DNA of 64,000 nt, taken from Candidatus Borrarchaeum weybense (lineage in GTDB: Archaea; Asgardarchaeota; Sifarchaeia; Borrarchaeales; Borrarchaeaceae). The notes below the pieces were generated by a model, which saw nothing but the letters and a program-made list of their open reading frames with translations, was not told the DNA's origin and searched no databases. The translations under genes and the position numbers were made by a program. The DNA is taken from contig JAHQJS010000004.1 in NCBI GenBank assembly GCA_019057385.1, forward strand, positions 884,727 to 948,726, in the 5' to 3' direction. Shown here piece after piece: positions 48,869 through 59,559 of this stretch (within the stretch, counting starts at the first letter, position 1; each line of letters opens with the position of its first letter).

Positions 48869-49807
48869 CTAGTTTAGAATTATTTGATCTGCTTCTTGTA
48901 AAAATTCGTTGGCCTTTTCTTCATCGCCTTGTGCCATATACAGGTCACCAAGTTTTTTTAACGTTTCTTTTTTTCCAGCAGAATCTTTTTTTTCGTCACT
49001 TAAACTAAGAGATTCATTATAATGTTTCAGCGCTTGCTCCCAGTTTTCTTTCTTATGATAAACAAGTCCTATGTATCGAAGCCTAGAAGCTTTTCCTCTC
49101 ATATCATTGAAATTTTCATCCATTTCAAGCGCTTGTTGATAATATTCAAGTGCTTCATCGTATCTTTCATTCTTATAATGAACAACAGCTAAATTATTAA
49201 TCATATTTCTCGCGTCACGTCTACGTCCCATGATATTAAGAAGTTCAACTGATTTTTCAAAAAATTTAATTGTTCTTGGGTCATCTTTTGCTAAATGCTC
49301 ATAACATACACTAGTTAATTTATCTAGAAGTTTTGCAGTATCATCAAAGGGTGCACTTGCCCGTACCATCAAATAGTAAAGCTCTTCAAATGTATTCACA
49401 GCGTCATTATATTTTTTTTGATCACAATAGATATCGCCGATCATTTTCATAATTAAAACTCTAATGCGCATATCTCCTGTCTTTCCTTTCTCATTATCTA
49501 ACTTTAGTGCTTCATTCAAATATTCCAGTGCGCGATCCGTCTCTTTGAGTTCCTGATGAACATTTCCTAAATGTAGCAATGCAACTATTTTTCCCTCTCT
49601 AGTATCTGCATATTTGCTCTCTTCGAAGTCATCTGAAGTCAAAATGCCCTGAATTATTTCATATGCGTTTTGAAAGTGATTTAACGCTTCTTCCAAATCT
49701 TGAGATTTCTGCGCTTTGATACCTTTCTTTAAAAGTTTCTTACTCTCATGTAACTGTTTATCTATTCTTTTTACTATTTTTCTGTCTGGTTTCTTGTCCT
49801 TAGTCAT
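48869..49807 (-). CDS. Tetratricopeptide repeat protein
   Basis: Multiple LG.VH...A..Y...AL repeats. Confidence 0.88.
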   Translation of the reverse strand: MTKDKKPDRKIVKRIDKQLHESKKLLKKGIKAQKSQDLEEALNHFQNAYEIIQGILTSDDFEESKYADTREGKIVALLHLGNVHQELKETDRALEYLNEALKLDNEKGKTGDMRIRVLIMKMIGDIYCDQKKYNDAVNTFEELYYLMVRASAPFDDTAKLLDKLTSVCYEHLAKDDPRTIKFFEKSVELLNIMGRRRDARNMINNLAVVHYKNERYDEALEYYQQALEMDENFNDMRGKASRLRYIGLVYHKKENWEQALKHYNESLSLSDEKKDSAGKKETLKKLGDLYMAQGDEEKANEFLQEADQIILN

Positions 49808-49829
49808 GCTTTCAAGAACTCCTATTGTT

Positions 49830-50612
49830 TTAGTCTTCTATTGATACTTCCAGAATCCCAATGCCATCAATTTGAGCAACAAGCCTATCTCCGCTTTTTA
49901 CAGTATCAATTCCAGCAGGTGTTCCAGTGGCAATTATGTCTCCTGGGTAAAGCGTCACGATTTTTGTAATGAAGGAAATTAGTTTGGGTATTTTAAAAAT
50001 CATTGAAGCTGTATTGTCACTCTGCTTTAATTCGCCATTGTGCCATAGTTTGATATCAAGTGCGTGAGGATCAGGTATTTCATCAGTAGTAACGATATAT
50101 GGGCCAAGTGGACCAAACGTATCGAATCCCTTCACCTTAAATAATGCCCTATCTGTTTCTGTGAAATCTCGGGCAGACATATCAAGAATAATAGTATAGC
50201 CAAAAACCTTTGAAAACACTTCGCTTTCATCGACATTTTTTGCCTTTTCCCCGATCACAACAGCTAATTCTGTCTCGTAATCAACCCTATTGACCTCTTT
50301 TGGAATTTTGACTGCTTGGTTTGGTCCAATAATTGTAGAAGGAGGTTTTAACCAGCAAAAAGGTTCAGAAGGCGTTTGTTTCCCCAATTCGGCTATGTGA
50401 GAAGGGTAGTTTAATCCGATTCCTATAATTTTCGAAGGGTTTCTTATTGGTGCATCAAATTTTGCTTCGCTTAGTGAAATAATGTCACCCGAAAAAGATA
50501 ACCGATCAGGAGGATTTTGAATGAACTCTTCGACTAATTGGAAACCTTTCAAAAACCTGATTTGATATCCTTCAATAATGCCGACTTTCCCTTCAACACA
50601 ACAAATCTTCAT
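49830..50612 (-). CDS. Fumarylacetoacetate hydrolase family protein
   Basis: GIGLNY..H, DYETELAVVIG, KGFDTFGPLGP and GDIIATGTP motifs. Confidence 0.92.
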   Translation of the reverse strand: MKICCVEGKVGIIEGYQIRFLKGFQLVEEFIQNPPDRLSFSGDIISLSEAKFDAPIRNPSKIIGIGLNYPSHIAELGKQTPSEPFCWLKPPSTIIGPNQAVKIPKEVNRVDYETELAVVIGEKAKNVDESEVFSKVFGYTIILDMSARDFTETDRALFKVKGFDTFGPLGPYIVTTDEIPDPHALDIKLWHNGELKQSDNTASMIFKIPKLISFITKIVTLYPGDIIATGTPAGIDTVKSGDRLVAQIDGIGILEVSIED

Positions 50613-50671
50613 GTTTTCACGACCTTTTACGTAAAATAGAAACTCGTAATTATATGTTAGTGTGATTTATA

Positions 50672-51364
50672 TTATTTTCCAATTGCTTTTCTTAGAGCAG
50701 CTCTTGCAAGTAGTCTTGTGGAGTCTAATGTTGGAAGAGGTGATGTTTCTGGGATTACTATCAATGGGATTTCAGTGCATCCAAGTACTACTGCATCGCA
50801 GTCTTCATTTTTTAATTTGCCTATTACCTCTTCAAAATACGCACGAGATTTTTCATAGAACTTTCCGTTTACAAGTTCGATAAAAATAATGTCATTTATT
50901 CGTTCCCTATCCACTTTTTCAGGAATCTTGAAGTTAATTCCCATTTTAGTAAGCGTATCTGAATACACAGGTCCTTCCATGAGATAGCGGGTTCCCAAAA
51001 TTCCGAGACATTTATATTTCTGCCTTTTTACCTCTTTTGCAACTTCCTCTGCTATATGGAGCCATGGAATTGGGGATTTTTCAATAACGATGTTAAAAAC
51101 CTCGTGTATTGTGTTATCAGGACATATGGCAAAGTCTGCCCCAACATCTGCTAATTTATTAACTGATGCTAACATTAAACTTGCTACATCTTCCCAATTA
51201 TCTGCTTCAATATATTTCATATATTCGCTTAAAGGATAGGTGTGCATAGTAACCTCAGGATGGGCATATCTCCCCATAAAATCTGCACCTTCTGTGCAAA
51301 TTGTCCTATAACAGAGAGCGGCCCCTTCCGCACTACATGCAACTATCCCGATGTGTTTTACCAT
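50672..51364 (-). CDS. Aspartate/glutamate racemase family protein
   Basis: CPDNTIH, GILGT and LGCTEIP motifs. Confidence 0.9.
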   Translation of the reverse strand: MVKHIGIVACSAEGAALCYRTICTEGADFMGRYAHPEVTMHTYPLSEYMKYIEADNWEDVASLMLASVNKLADVGADFAICPDNTIHEVFNIVIEKSPIPWLHIAEEVAKEVKRQKYKCLGILGTRYLMEGPVYSDTLTKMGINFKIPEKVDRERINDIIFIELVNGKFYEKSRAYFEEVIGKLKNEDCDAVVLGCTEIPLIVIPETSPLPTLDSTRLLARAALRKAIGK

Positions 51365-51466
51365 ATTTTTTTCTCCTTTGTTAAATCATTAGCAAGAGTA
51401 TTTCAAGTGAAATCTACTTGTCTTTATAAAAAGATCCTTTAATATGCTAGAGTTAAGACGGAATTA

Positions 51467-52375
51467 GTGCTAATCAAATCAATAGTAGAAAATATGGAGG
51501 CGACCCAATATATGAGAATTATTAAGATTTCTACTGCACAATTCTCTTTAAAACCTATCAAAAGTTTCTCAGAGTTCGAGGATCACGTTATCTCCTGCTT
51601 AAAACAAGCTGAAGGATCTGATTTCGTTGTATTTCCTGAATTATTTACATTTGAATTGTTGACAACCTTCTCTGATGCAAAGAATTTTACAACTATGGAT
51701 AAAAAAAAGACGTCTGAGTTTACCAACCAGTATCTAGATCTTTTCTCAAGACTTGCAAGACAAAACGGTCAATATATTGTTGCAGGATCGCACTTAAAGA
51801 AAGAAGGAATCAATTATTATAATTCATGCTATCTGTTTGGTCCAGATGGGACAGTATTTGAGCATAAAAAGACCCACATCTTTCCAGCGGAGGGAGAATG
51901 GGATACCGCTGAAGGCAATATATTAGAAATCTTAGAGCTAGAAAAAGCAAAGGTGGGTTTATTAATCTGTTATGAGGCGGAAATTCCAGAATGTGCAAGG
52001 ATTCTCGCTTTAAAAGGTGCCGAGATTATTTTCTGTCCTTCATTCACATCAAGCGAAGCTGGGTTTTGGCGAGTAAGACATTGCTGCCAAGCGAGGTGCA
52101 TAGAAAATCAGATTTATATGGTGCACTGTTGCACGGTGGGCGATGCAGGCATATTGGATCTCGCTGGATGGGGGAGAGCCTCAATACTTAGCCCTTGTGA
52201 TACTCCTTGGCCTTCAAACGGAGTAATTGCAGAAGCAAAATCAAACAAGGAAATGGTAATAACCGCTGAAGTTGACCTCGATGAGCTTTACGTCAACAGA
52301 GAAACAGGTGCTGCCACTACCTTCAAAGATCGCACTCGGAGGGCGGAACTTTACAAGTGGTTATATGATCGTTAG
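51467..52375 (+). CDS. Carbon-nitrogen hydrolase (nitrilase superfamily)
   Basis: Catalytic triad motifs VFPE, KTH and ICYE. Confidence 0.9.
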   Translation: MLIKSIVENMEATQYMRIIKISTAQFSLKPIKSFSEFEDHVISCLKQAEGSDFVVFPELFTFELLTTFSDAKNFTTMDKKKTSEFTNQYLDLFSRLARQNGQYIVAGSHLKKEGINYYNSCYLFGPDGTVFEHKKTHIFPAEGEWDTAEGNILEILELEKAKVGLLICYEAEIPECARILALKGAEIIFCPSFTSSEAGFWRVRHCCQARCIENQIYMVHCCTVGDAGILDLAGWGRASILSPCDTPWPSNGVIAEAKSNKEMVITAEVDLDELYVNRETGAATTFKDRTRRAELYKWLYDR

Positions 52376-52530
52376 TTTCAAACCCATCTTTCATCTCATT
52401 TTTTTATAAAATGCGTTAAACTATCTTTAAGTTGTACTAAAGACGCCCTTTAGAAAATACTGCATTTCATCTATAAGAAACCAAAAGACTAAAAGAGATC
52501 TTAATTGACCTGTTTACAAAATTTAATGTC

Positions 52531-53706
52531 GTGAAGCTTGTGCCTTTAAATAGAAAAATCTCCATCATTTTCGGTATCTCCCTATGTGGAATAGTTGGCA
52601 ATAGTGCAATAATACCCGCACTTCCAAAAATAGCTCACGAATTAAATGTATCATTACTGTCAATTGGACTTTTAATAACAGCGTTTACGCTTCCAGGTAT
52701 TTTTCTGGCGCCTGTTATCGGTGTTCTAAGCGACAATTTTGGCAGAAAACAAGTTATAATACCCTGTCTTTTTCTATTCGGTACTGCAGGAGGCTTAAGT
52801 TTTTTTGCAGCAAACTTCACACAATTACTTATCTTGAGATTTATAACGGGTATAGGTGGCTCAGGTTTAACTATTTTAGCTGTAATCCTCATAGGCGATT
52901 TTTACGATGGCAATGCCCGCGTAAAGGCCATGGGAATCAATACTAGTGTAATAAATGTTGGCATGGGGAGTTTTCCACTTGTCGGCGGTGCTCTCGCGCT
53001 AATCGGCGCGACATACCCATTTTTATTGCTTCTTTTAGGAGTAGTTGTGGGTTTTTTAGCTCTTTTCTTACTAGAAAATCCAGAAGGTTCGCAGGCATCC
53101 TCTACTTTTGAATATTTTCACAAATCTATAGAGTACTTGAAGAAACCTGGGAGTATAATTCTCTTCTTGACTGCAATTATTGCGTTTATCGTGATATACG
53201 GGGCAATCCACTACGCTTTAACACTACTATTTGCCGTAAAATTTGGACTGAATTCATTCCAGATAGGTATTTTTTCATCCCTTTTATCATTCACAATAGC
53301 AGCAACTTCTAGTCAAGCTGATAAAATCGAGAGCCGTTTGTCTCCTCGTGCCGTTTTAACACTCGCATTTTGCTTTGAGGGTATTAGCTTGGTGATGATT
53401 CCTATTATTCATCGTATAATACTCATGATTATACCGGTCGTAATTTTTGGCTTCGGCTTTGGTTTAGCTTTACCTTTGTTTCTAACGTCAGCGACAAGAC
53501 TTGGTCCTATGGAACTTCGAGGAGTTTTATCTAGCTTAATTTATTCTGGAATCCGCATAGGACAAACTACAGGTCCAATACTCATGGGACTTGTCGTGCT
53601 ATATTCTTCATTAGAAATTATCTTTTTGTGGAGCGCAATAATATCATTTAGCGTTTCGTTTATTGGGTTCTTTGCATGGAAAATTTTTGAAACGGGATTA
53701 TATTAG
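52531..53706 (+). CDS. MFS transporter
   Basis: About 12 TM helices; motif A GVLSDNFGRK. Confidence 0.92.
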   Translation: MKLVPLNRKISIIFGISLCGIVGNSAIIPALPKIAHELNVSLLSIGLLITAFTLPGIFLAPVIGVLSDNFGRKQVIIPCLFLFGTAGGLSFFAANFTQLLILRFITGIGGSGLTILAVILIGDFYDGNARVKAMGINTSVINVGMGSFPLVGGALALIGATYPFLLLLLGVVVGFLALFLLENPEGSQASSTFEYFHKSIEYLKKPGSIILFLTAIIAFIVIYGAIHYALTLLFAVKFGLNSFQIGIFSSLLSFTIAATSSQADKIESRLSPRAVLTLAFCFEGISLVMIPIIHRIILMIIPVVIFGFGFGLALPLFLTSATRLGPMELRGVLSSLIYSGIRIGQTTGPILMGLVVLYSSLEIIFLWSAIISFSVSFIGFFAWKIFETGLY

Positions 53707-53983
53707 CGTTAGACTGCTATATATCCATAAGGGAAAAGGGAAGAAAAAGAGTTTTGAAGGAAAGCGCGCCCACCTGCAGACGTCCCTTATCCCTTAAGAT
53801 ACGCTTAGTATCACCAAGGTTTTGACAGCCTAATATATAAGAACCACACTTTTTTTATCAATAGATGTCTCTCGATGGTTAGCACAAAAGTTCTCTTTGA
53901 ACTGCTCGGAAAAAAAATTTTAAATACATTTTAAATTCACGAATAATGTACAAAATCAAAAATTCGAGGCAAAGGAAAACCAA

Positions 53984-55222
53984 ATGTATCCTAAACTTGC
54001 AAATCATGTAGTCCTTCGAGTATTAGAACATCCCGTACTTTATGATTTTGTTAATAATGAACTTTATGAATTAGAAAATGATGAGTATCAATGGATGAGA
54101 TATTTTACCGGCTATTCTTCTCTCAATCTGCTCTTAAGTCAATTTAATGATTCAAGGGATGAGTTTTTAGGATTTCTTAAGGAACTAAAAAATGAGAGGT
54201 TAATCGAACTAAAAGATAAAAAGGCGTCGGAGATCCCATTCTATTCTGTAGATCAATCTACACTCCCTAGTTTGCGAACGTTACTGTTGCATGTTACCAC
54301 GAAATGTAACTTAGCATGTCTTCATTGTTATCTTGATAAAAGTGCTCCAATTGAGTTAGATCTGCAGATTCTACTTGAAATAGTTCGGCAATTCGATCAA
54401 ATGCAAGGATTGAAACTTCTCATATCTGGTGGAGAACCACTTCTTCATTCAAAGATCTTTGAATTCTTAGAAAAGATTAGAGAATACAAAATACGAAAGA
54501 TTCTTTTGTCAAATGGGTTGCTTATTGATAAAGAAACCGCAGAACGCCTAAAAGATCTTGTAAATGAGGTCCAGATCAGTATTGATGGAATTAAAAGCCA
54601 TGATCGTTTTCGAGATATGAAAGGGGCGTTTGAAAGATCGATTGCTGCAATTAAAACGTTACAGTCATTTGGCATTCGGGTAAGCGTAGCAACCATGGTT
54701 CACAAAGAGAATATTGACGAATTACCAGAACTTGAACAAATTCTCAAAGACATGAATATAGAAAGTTGGATGTTAGATGCTCCATCGCCCTCAGGAAATT
54801 TTTTAGAGAATTTAGAACTTCAAGCATCAGTAGAAGACGCCGCAAGGGCTTTGAAGAAATATGGTTGGGGCTATACTTTTGAGGATAGCTCAAATATTTA
54901 TGCATGTGGGGCGCATCTTGCTGCCATAATGAGCAACGGTGACGTTGCAAAATGTGGATTTTTTGAAGATCAACCCGTTGGTAATATTCAGACCAATCCT
55001 CTTCTTTCCTGTTGGGAAAAAATCAAGGACAACTGGATCTGGAGACTCGATGCTCTGAATTGTCGAGAACTAGATTGCCCACATCTATCGGATTGTAAAG
55101 GAGGATGTCGTTATAGAGCCTTTCAGTATAGTAAAAATCTTATGGGGGAAGATCCTGTCAAATGCGGAATATACGGCTTTAAATCGAGTCGATTTTTTCA
55201 GGAAACTGATTCTTTGCTATAA
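53984..55222 (+). CDS. Radical SAM/SPASM protein with an N-terminal PqqD/RRE-like extension
   Basis: CNLACLHC and SGGEP; SPASM CGA..C..C..C...CKGGCR. Confidence 0.88.
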   Translation: MYPKLANHVVLRVLEHPVLYDFVNNELYELENDEYQWMRYFTGYSSLNLLLSQFNDSRDEFLGFLKELKNERLIELKDKKASEIPFYSVDQSTLPSLRTLLLHVTTKCNLACLHCYLDKSAPIELDLQILLEIVRQFDQMQGLKLLISGGEPLLHSKIFEFLEKIREYKIRKILLSNGLLIDKETAERLKDLVNEVQISIDGIKSHDRFRDMKGAFERSIAAIKTLQSFGIRVSVATMVHKENIDELPELEQILKDMNIESWMLDAPSPSGNFLENLELQASVEDAARALKKYGWGYTFEDSSNIYACGAHLAAIMSNGDVAKCGFFEDQPVGNIQTNPLLSCWEKIKDNWIWRLDALNCRELDCPHLSDCKGGCRYRAFQYSKNLMGEDPVKCGIYGFKSSRFFQETDSLL

Positions 55223-55301
55223 GTTTGTGTTGCTACGGGTTATTGCTTTAAATGGATGATCACTCTTCTTAAAAAAATAGTTTTCTAAAATTATTTATCA
55301 A

Positions 55302-56534
55302 TTAAACGTTTATGTGATTCTCATATACTATTTCAGTAATTTCATCATCCGATAAATCTGGAAAGCGATTATTAAGGATTTCAACGATTCTACTCATATA
55401 AAATATTTCTAAACCTGCAGGATTTTTTATAGTCTCCTTCAGTCTAAACGGTCTGGATAATAGTGGACCTCCCATTTCCTTTTCAGATGAGATAAATGTG
55501 TTACCCGTAAACAGTGTATTGATAAATTTTCTAATAGTTATCTTTGGTATTTCGTTTGTATCATTAAACAAAATGTCTATCATTTGATGCATTGACATTG
55601 AAAGATTTTTTCTAAAGACTTCAAATAGAATTGTGAAGAGTTTTAAACGTTGAGATGAATCATTAATATACCTTAAATTCTTTTTGAGAAAACTTTTTGC
55701 ATCAGCTTTGAGATCCACAGGCTGTACTTCTGGCAATTCCATTTCGGCAAAATAGATTTTAGGTTGTTGATCTGTCAGATCAATCTTTTCAACAATTTCT
55801 CCTACAAATGATTCAACGAAGTCCTTAAAACTCCGAAATCCCAATCTTTTTTCAGAAAATGAAGGGTCTAATCTCAGTAAATCTTGCTTAAGCTTTGCCA
55901 TCAATACTGGTTCATCATCTGATTTGCTTTTGATATATCTTATCATTAAATCCTTCCCTAAAGAAATATTCATCTCTTCAGTTAAATCTGAAGATAATGA
56001 ATCCTTTTCAGGTGCACCTAGTATTTCATCAATAGATTTAAACTCGGTGCCACTACTTTTAATCAAGGGACCTACACTATGTTCAAATCCTAAAACTATT
56101 ACTTTTTTTCCCCTTGCCAGAATTCGTTGAATAAGAGGGATAAAATCGGTATCTCCTGAGCAAATAATGATGATATTAATTATTTTAAATAACTCTAGAT
56201 TTTCCATTGCATCAATTGCCAATCTGACGTCAGAACCATTTTTACCTTGTGAAGTTGTTGCTGGAAGATGTATCATTTCAAATCCATGTTCCATTAACGA
56301 TCTTTGATATTGAGCAAAAATGTGCTTAGACCAATCCGCATAGGCTCTTTTTATGCAAATATTTCCCTTAGATGTTGCGAAATCAACGAGAGGTCCAAGT
56401 GATAATGGTTTCTCCTTTGAAGGATAAACTTCTTCTGCAGAAAGGGCTAAATTTTCGAAATCCAAATAGATCGCGACATTTTCATCTGACATTAAAAAAC
56501 CTCTGTTTGTTTCCACAAGTAATTTCAATGGCAT
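55302..56534 (-). CDS. NYN (PIN-like) domain ribonuclease with an OST-HTH/LOTUS domain
   Basis: YLDFEN, KNGSD, SGDTDF and DPSFSEKRLGFRSFKDFV motifs; likely start at MSDENV. Confidence 0.88.
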   Translation of the reverse strand: MPLKLLVETNRGFLMSDENVAIYLDFENLALSAEEVYPSKEKPLSLGPLVDFATSKGNICIKRAYADWSKHIFAQYQRSLMEHGFEMIHLPATTSQGKNGSDVRLAIDAMENLELFKIINIIIICSGDTDFIPLIQRILARGKKVIVLGFEHSVGPLIKSSGTEFKSIDEILGAPEKDSLSSDLTEEMNISLGKDLMIRYIKSKSDDEPVLMAKLKQDLLRLDPSFSEKRLGFRSFKDFVESFVGEIVEKIDLTDQQPKIYFAEMELPEVQPVDLKADAKSFLKKNLRYINDSSQRLKLFTILFEVFRKNLSMSMHQMIDILFNDTNEIPKITIRKFINTLFTGNTFISSEKEMGGPLLSRPFRLKETIKNPAGLEIFYMSRIVEILNNRFPDLSDDEITEIVYENHINV

Positions 56535-56842
56535 TATACAAGCGGATTAAACATCTGAAGAAAGAATTCAAGATATCTGTAACATGCAAGACTGTGAAAT
56601 GTTCAATTAATTTATGCTCAATCATATAAATAAATTTTTACAATTTTATTTTTTCGCACAGTTATTGATCTTCTACTCATTTTCTGCAATAAATTGTTGT
56701 GGACAAATCTAAATTATTAAAATGATTAGAAATGTCCTTTCACACAAAGAAACTATTTACGAATCCAAATAAATTGTGACATATATTTAAAAACTACTCA
56801 AGTAAAGTTGTAAAGAGTTAAAATAGAGTAAGAAGAATCAGT

Positions 56843-56992
56843 TAAATCGTATCTCCCCTCTTCTTCGATCCATTTAGTCACAATCTCTGCCCTACAGCAG
56901 ACGTTTCCGTCCACCCATCAGCATCAATCATTTTTTGCCAGGCAGGCGTCGTTAGAGCGCCACCAATTAGCATTATGTTGTCATCTAGTCTT
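56843..56992 (-). pseudogene. Decayed 3' fragment of a corrinoid-protein paralog
   Basis: MLIGGALTTPAWQKMIDADGWTET matches VLIGGAPTTPAWQEEIGADAWAET of 59560-60264; frameshifted. Confidence 0.75.
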
Positions 56993-57026
56993 TTTCAGAA
57001 AAGTGATTGATTTAAGGCATTTTCAA

Positions 57027-57071
57027 CTGATTGGGCGAAGGATTCTCTTTCCGACAGGAGGGGGAGTTGAC
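57027..57071 (+). mobile_element. 45-bp IS200/IS605 mini-element
   Basis: TTCAA|CTGATTGGGCGAAG..CTCTTTCCGACAGGAGGGGGAGTTGAC; similar to the 32990-33082 elements. Confidence 0.65.
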
Positions 57072-57208
57072 CTGAAATTGATTCTTATTTTCTTATAGCA
57101 AGATACCTTTTTTCCAACTCATTACTTCTTATATGACTTAGTCATATATGACTTTTAATTCACTTGAAAAAAAAATCATTATCTTATAGAGAATGGGTGA
57201 TTTAAACA

Positions 57209-58375
57209 ATGAGCAGCACTATCGAAAGATGGTATTGGCTTGATTGGCTGAGAGTCATTGCGATGGGCACAATTTTTTTCTATCATAGCGGAAGACCTTT
57301 CATCATTACTCCATGGCATATTATGAATCCCGAACCAGATCCACTATTTACTCTGGTTAATGTCTTCGTAACAGGGTGGATCATGCCGTTGTTTTTTGTA
57401 ATTTCGGGAATGGCGACATATTTTTCTCTGGGTAAACGGAATGCTTTACAATTCGCTAAGACGAGATTCCTGCGACTCATGGTTCCTTTCATTTTTGCTT
57501 TGTTTACAATCCTCTATGTGCATGTTTACTTTACTGCAGTTTTTAATGGCGACTATACAGGATCCTTTTTTGAAGGCTACTTTTGGGACTACTTTCTTTA
57601 CGGTTTTCCTTTAGATTTAGTTCCCAGGTTGACCTATTTTGCTGGAGCAAATCAGGGAATATACCTCTGGTATCTTTTCTGGCTTTTCGTGTTTTCATTG
57701 ATAACAGTACATTTCTTCAAGTATCTGCGAGAAAAAGATAACAAAATTTCAAAACTGGCAACAATTTGTAATAGACGAGGAGGAATCTTCTTACTTGCGA
57801 TCCCCTTGATTATTGTGGATTTAGCTGCGATTCCGCCCTTTTTTGTGTTCCCTTCCGGCTACGGAGGCTGGAAACTGCCCACTTATCTCATTTTTTTCAT
57901 ACTAGCATACGTGGTGGCTTCTAATTCACAATTCATGCAGTCCATAGACAAAAATGGCTTGATTGCGCTTATAGTAGGTATTGTTACTAGCGTGCTTATT
58001 CTTGTTGTTTTTATAGCATTTGGCCTTGACGTTCTTGTCTCACTAAGTGGTTATCTTCTATTCACGCCACTTTGGGCGTTCAATGGCTGGTCTTGGATCA
58101 TAGCTTTACTCTTTCTGGGACGGAAATTCCTGAGTTTCAATCATCGATATTTGCAGTTCTCAAATGAACTTGTCCTACCATTCTATGTCCTTCATGAAAC
58201 TGTAATCGTCGCAGTAGCCTTCTTTGTTGTCAGTTTGAATTTAATTGTGATGGTAAAATATTTCATCATCTTCTCAGTATCATTCGCGATTATAAGCCTC
58301 TTACTAATACCTATCAGACAAATCAACGTGCTTCGGTTCCTATTCGGTATGAGATTAAAGAAAAAAAGCGCATAA
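57209..58375 (+). CDS. Acyltransferase family 3 membrane protein (MdoC-like)
   Basis: WLDWLR, MPLFFVISG, R..RLMVPF, LWYL and FYVLH motifs. Confidence 0.9.
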   Translation: MSSTIERWYWLDWLRVIAMGTIFFYHSGRPFIITPWHIMNPEPDPLFTLVNVFVTGWIMPLFFVISGMATYFSLGKRNALQFAKTRFLRLMVPFIFALFTILYVHVYFTAVFNGDYTGSFFEGYFWDYFLYGFPLDLVPRLTYFAGANQGIYLWYLFWLFVFSLITVHFFKYLREKDNKISKLATICNRRGGIFLLAIPLIIVDLAAIPPFFVFPSGYGGWKLPTYLIFFILAYVVASNSQFMQSIDKNGLIALIVGIVTSVLILVVFIAFGLDVLVSLSGYLLFTPLWAFNGWSWIIALLFLGRKFLSFNHRYLQFSNELVLPFYVLHETVIVAVAFFVVSLNLIVMVKYFIIFSVSFAIISLLLIPIRQINVLRFLFGMRLKKKSA

Positions 58376-58577
58376 TTGCAAAACTTTTTTGAAGCTATCC
58401 TCCCTTCTTTTTTTTGCTATGTTCTATATTTCTTATTCCACGCTCGAATTGGCGTTATCTTCCAGAAAAACGCTACATTTTGCTACGATGACAAAAAAAA
58501 TTCTCAGGTAAAAAAATAAGAAAAGGAAAGTTGAGAAAACCGATGCTTTCTACTCCTACTTATCCTATTAATCCCTC

Positions 58578-59402
58578 TTATAACTTGTAAAGGTCAATGT
58601 TGCCGTTTGTATTCGTAATGGTAAGGTCATAGCCACCGTCTCCCATAGTGCCTTCAACGCTGGTAGCCGAGGAAGATTCTAAGTCTAATTGAACATCGTG
58701 AATTGTTATCACCCCATTTGTTGTCGACATCGAAAGATCAGCGTTTAAGTCCTCCGATACATACGCAGTAATCGCTCCATTTGTAGTTTTGATTTCTACA
58801 TTGTTACTAAGAGACGGGATCTCGACTATAATTCTGCCATTGGTTGTTTCTGTCCCACGAACACTTGTGACATCTTCGATTGTAATGCCGCCGTTGGTGG
58901 TCTCTGCATCCACATAGCCGTCAACGTCCTTCACGTTTATATTGCCATTGGTGCTGATCAAAGTTGTGTCTCCAGTAGTTCCCTCCAATGAGATACCTCC
59001 ATTCGTAGTTTCTAGGTGCTCGACGGATACATCTGCCGGGACCTTTATCCAATAATTCACAGTCACCCGAGGAGTTCTAAAAAACCAAAATAGGTTCGTA
59101 TAGGTCGTTTTGACGGTCATTTCATTTCCGGTGGTCACTTCTATACTGACTTTGTCCAGTTCACTTTGCCCATATTGGGTCACTTTTTCGGCATAAACCT
59201 CAACATCATCGTTATTCCATCCTTCAACGATTATGTCTCCGTTTTGATTATCAACCGTCAGCACTGTCCCAGCTTCAACATCATAGGTTTGTTGAAATTC
59301 CTCAGAGGCGAATTGAGCAACAGTGGGCTGTACGCATCCAATAAAGCTCATTGTAAAAAGAATAGAGATCATTACCAATGCGATTCTATATTTTCGCACC
59401 AT
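58578..59402 (-). CDS. Secreted DUF4097/adhesin-like beta-strand repeat protein
   Basis: Signal peptide and repeated TTNG.I motifs. Confidence 0.85.
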   Translation of the reverse strand: MVRKYRIALVMISILFTMSFIGCVQPTVAQFASEEFQQTYDVEAGTVLTVDNQNGDIIVEGWNNDDVEVYAEKVTQYGQSELDKVSIEVTTGNEMTVKTTYTNLFWFFRTPRVTVNYWIKVPADVSVEHLETTNGGISLEGTTGDTTLISTNGNINVKDVDGYVDAETTNGGITIEDVTSVRGTETTNGRIIVEIPSLSNNVEIKTTNGAITAYVSEDLNADLSMSTTNGVITIHDVQLDLESSSATSVEGTMGDGGYDLTITNTNGNIDLYKL

Positions 59403-59559
59403 ACTGATACCTCGAATTCTTTCTATAAACCTAGAAATAGGTATTAGCTATACGGACTTATATTCTTTCAAAGCAGGTATGGATAAGATGGCTCACAAAA
59501 AATGTCCTACTTGTGTGTGGAATCAAAACAAAGGTCAAATAATAATTTAACATCCAGTT

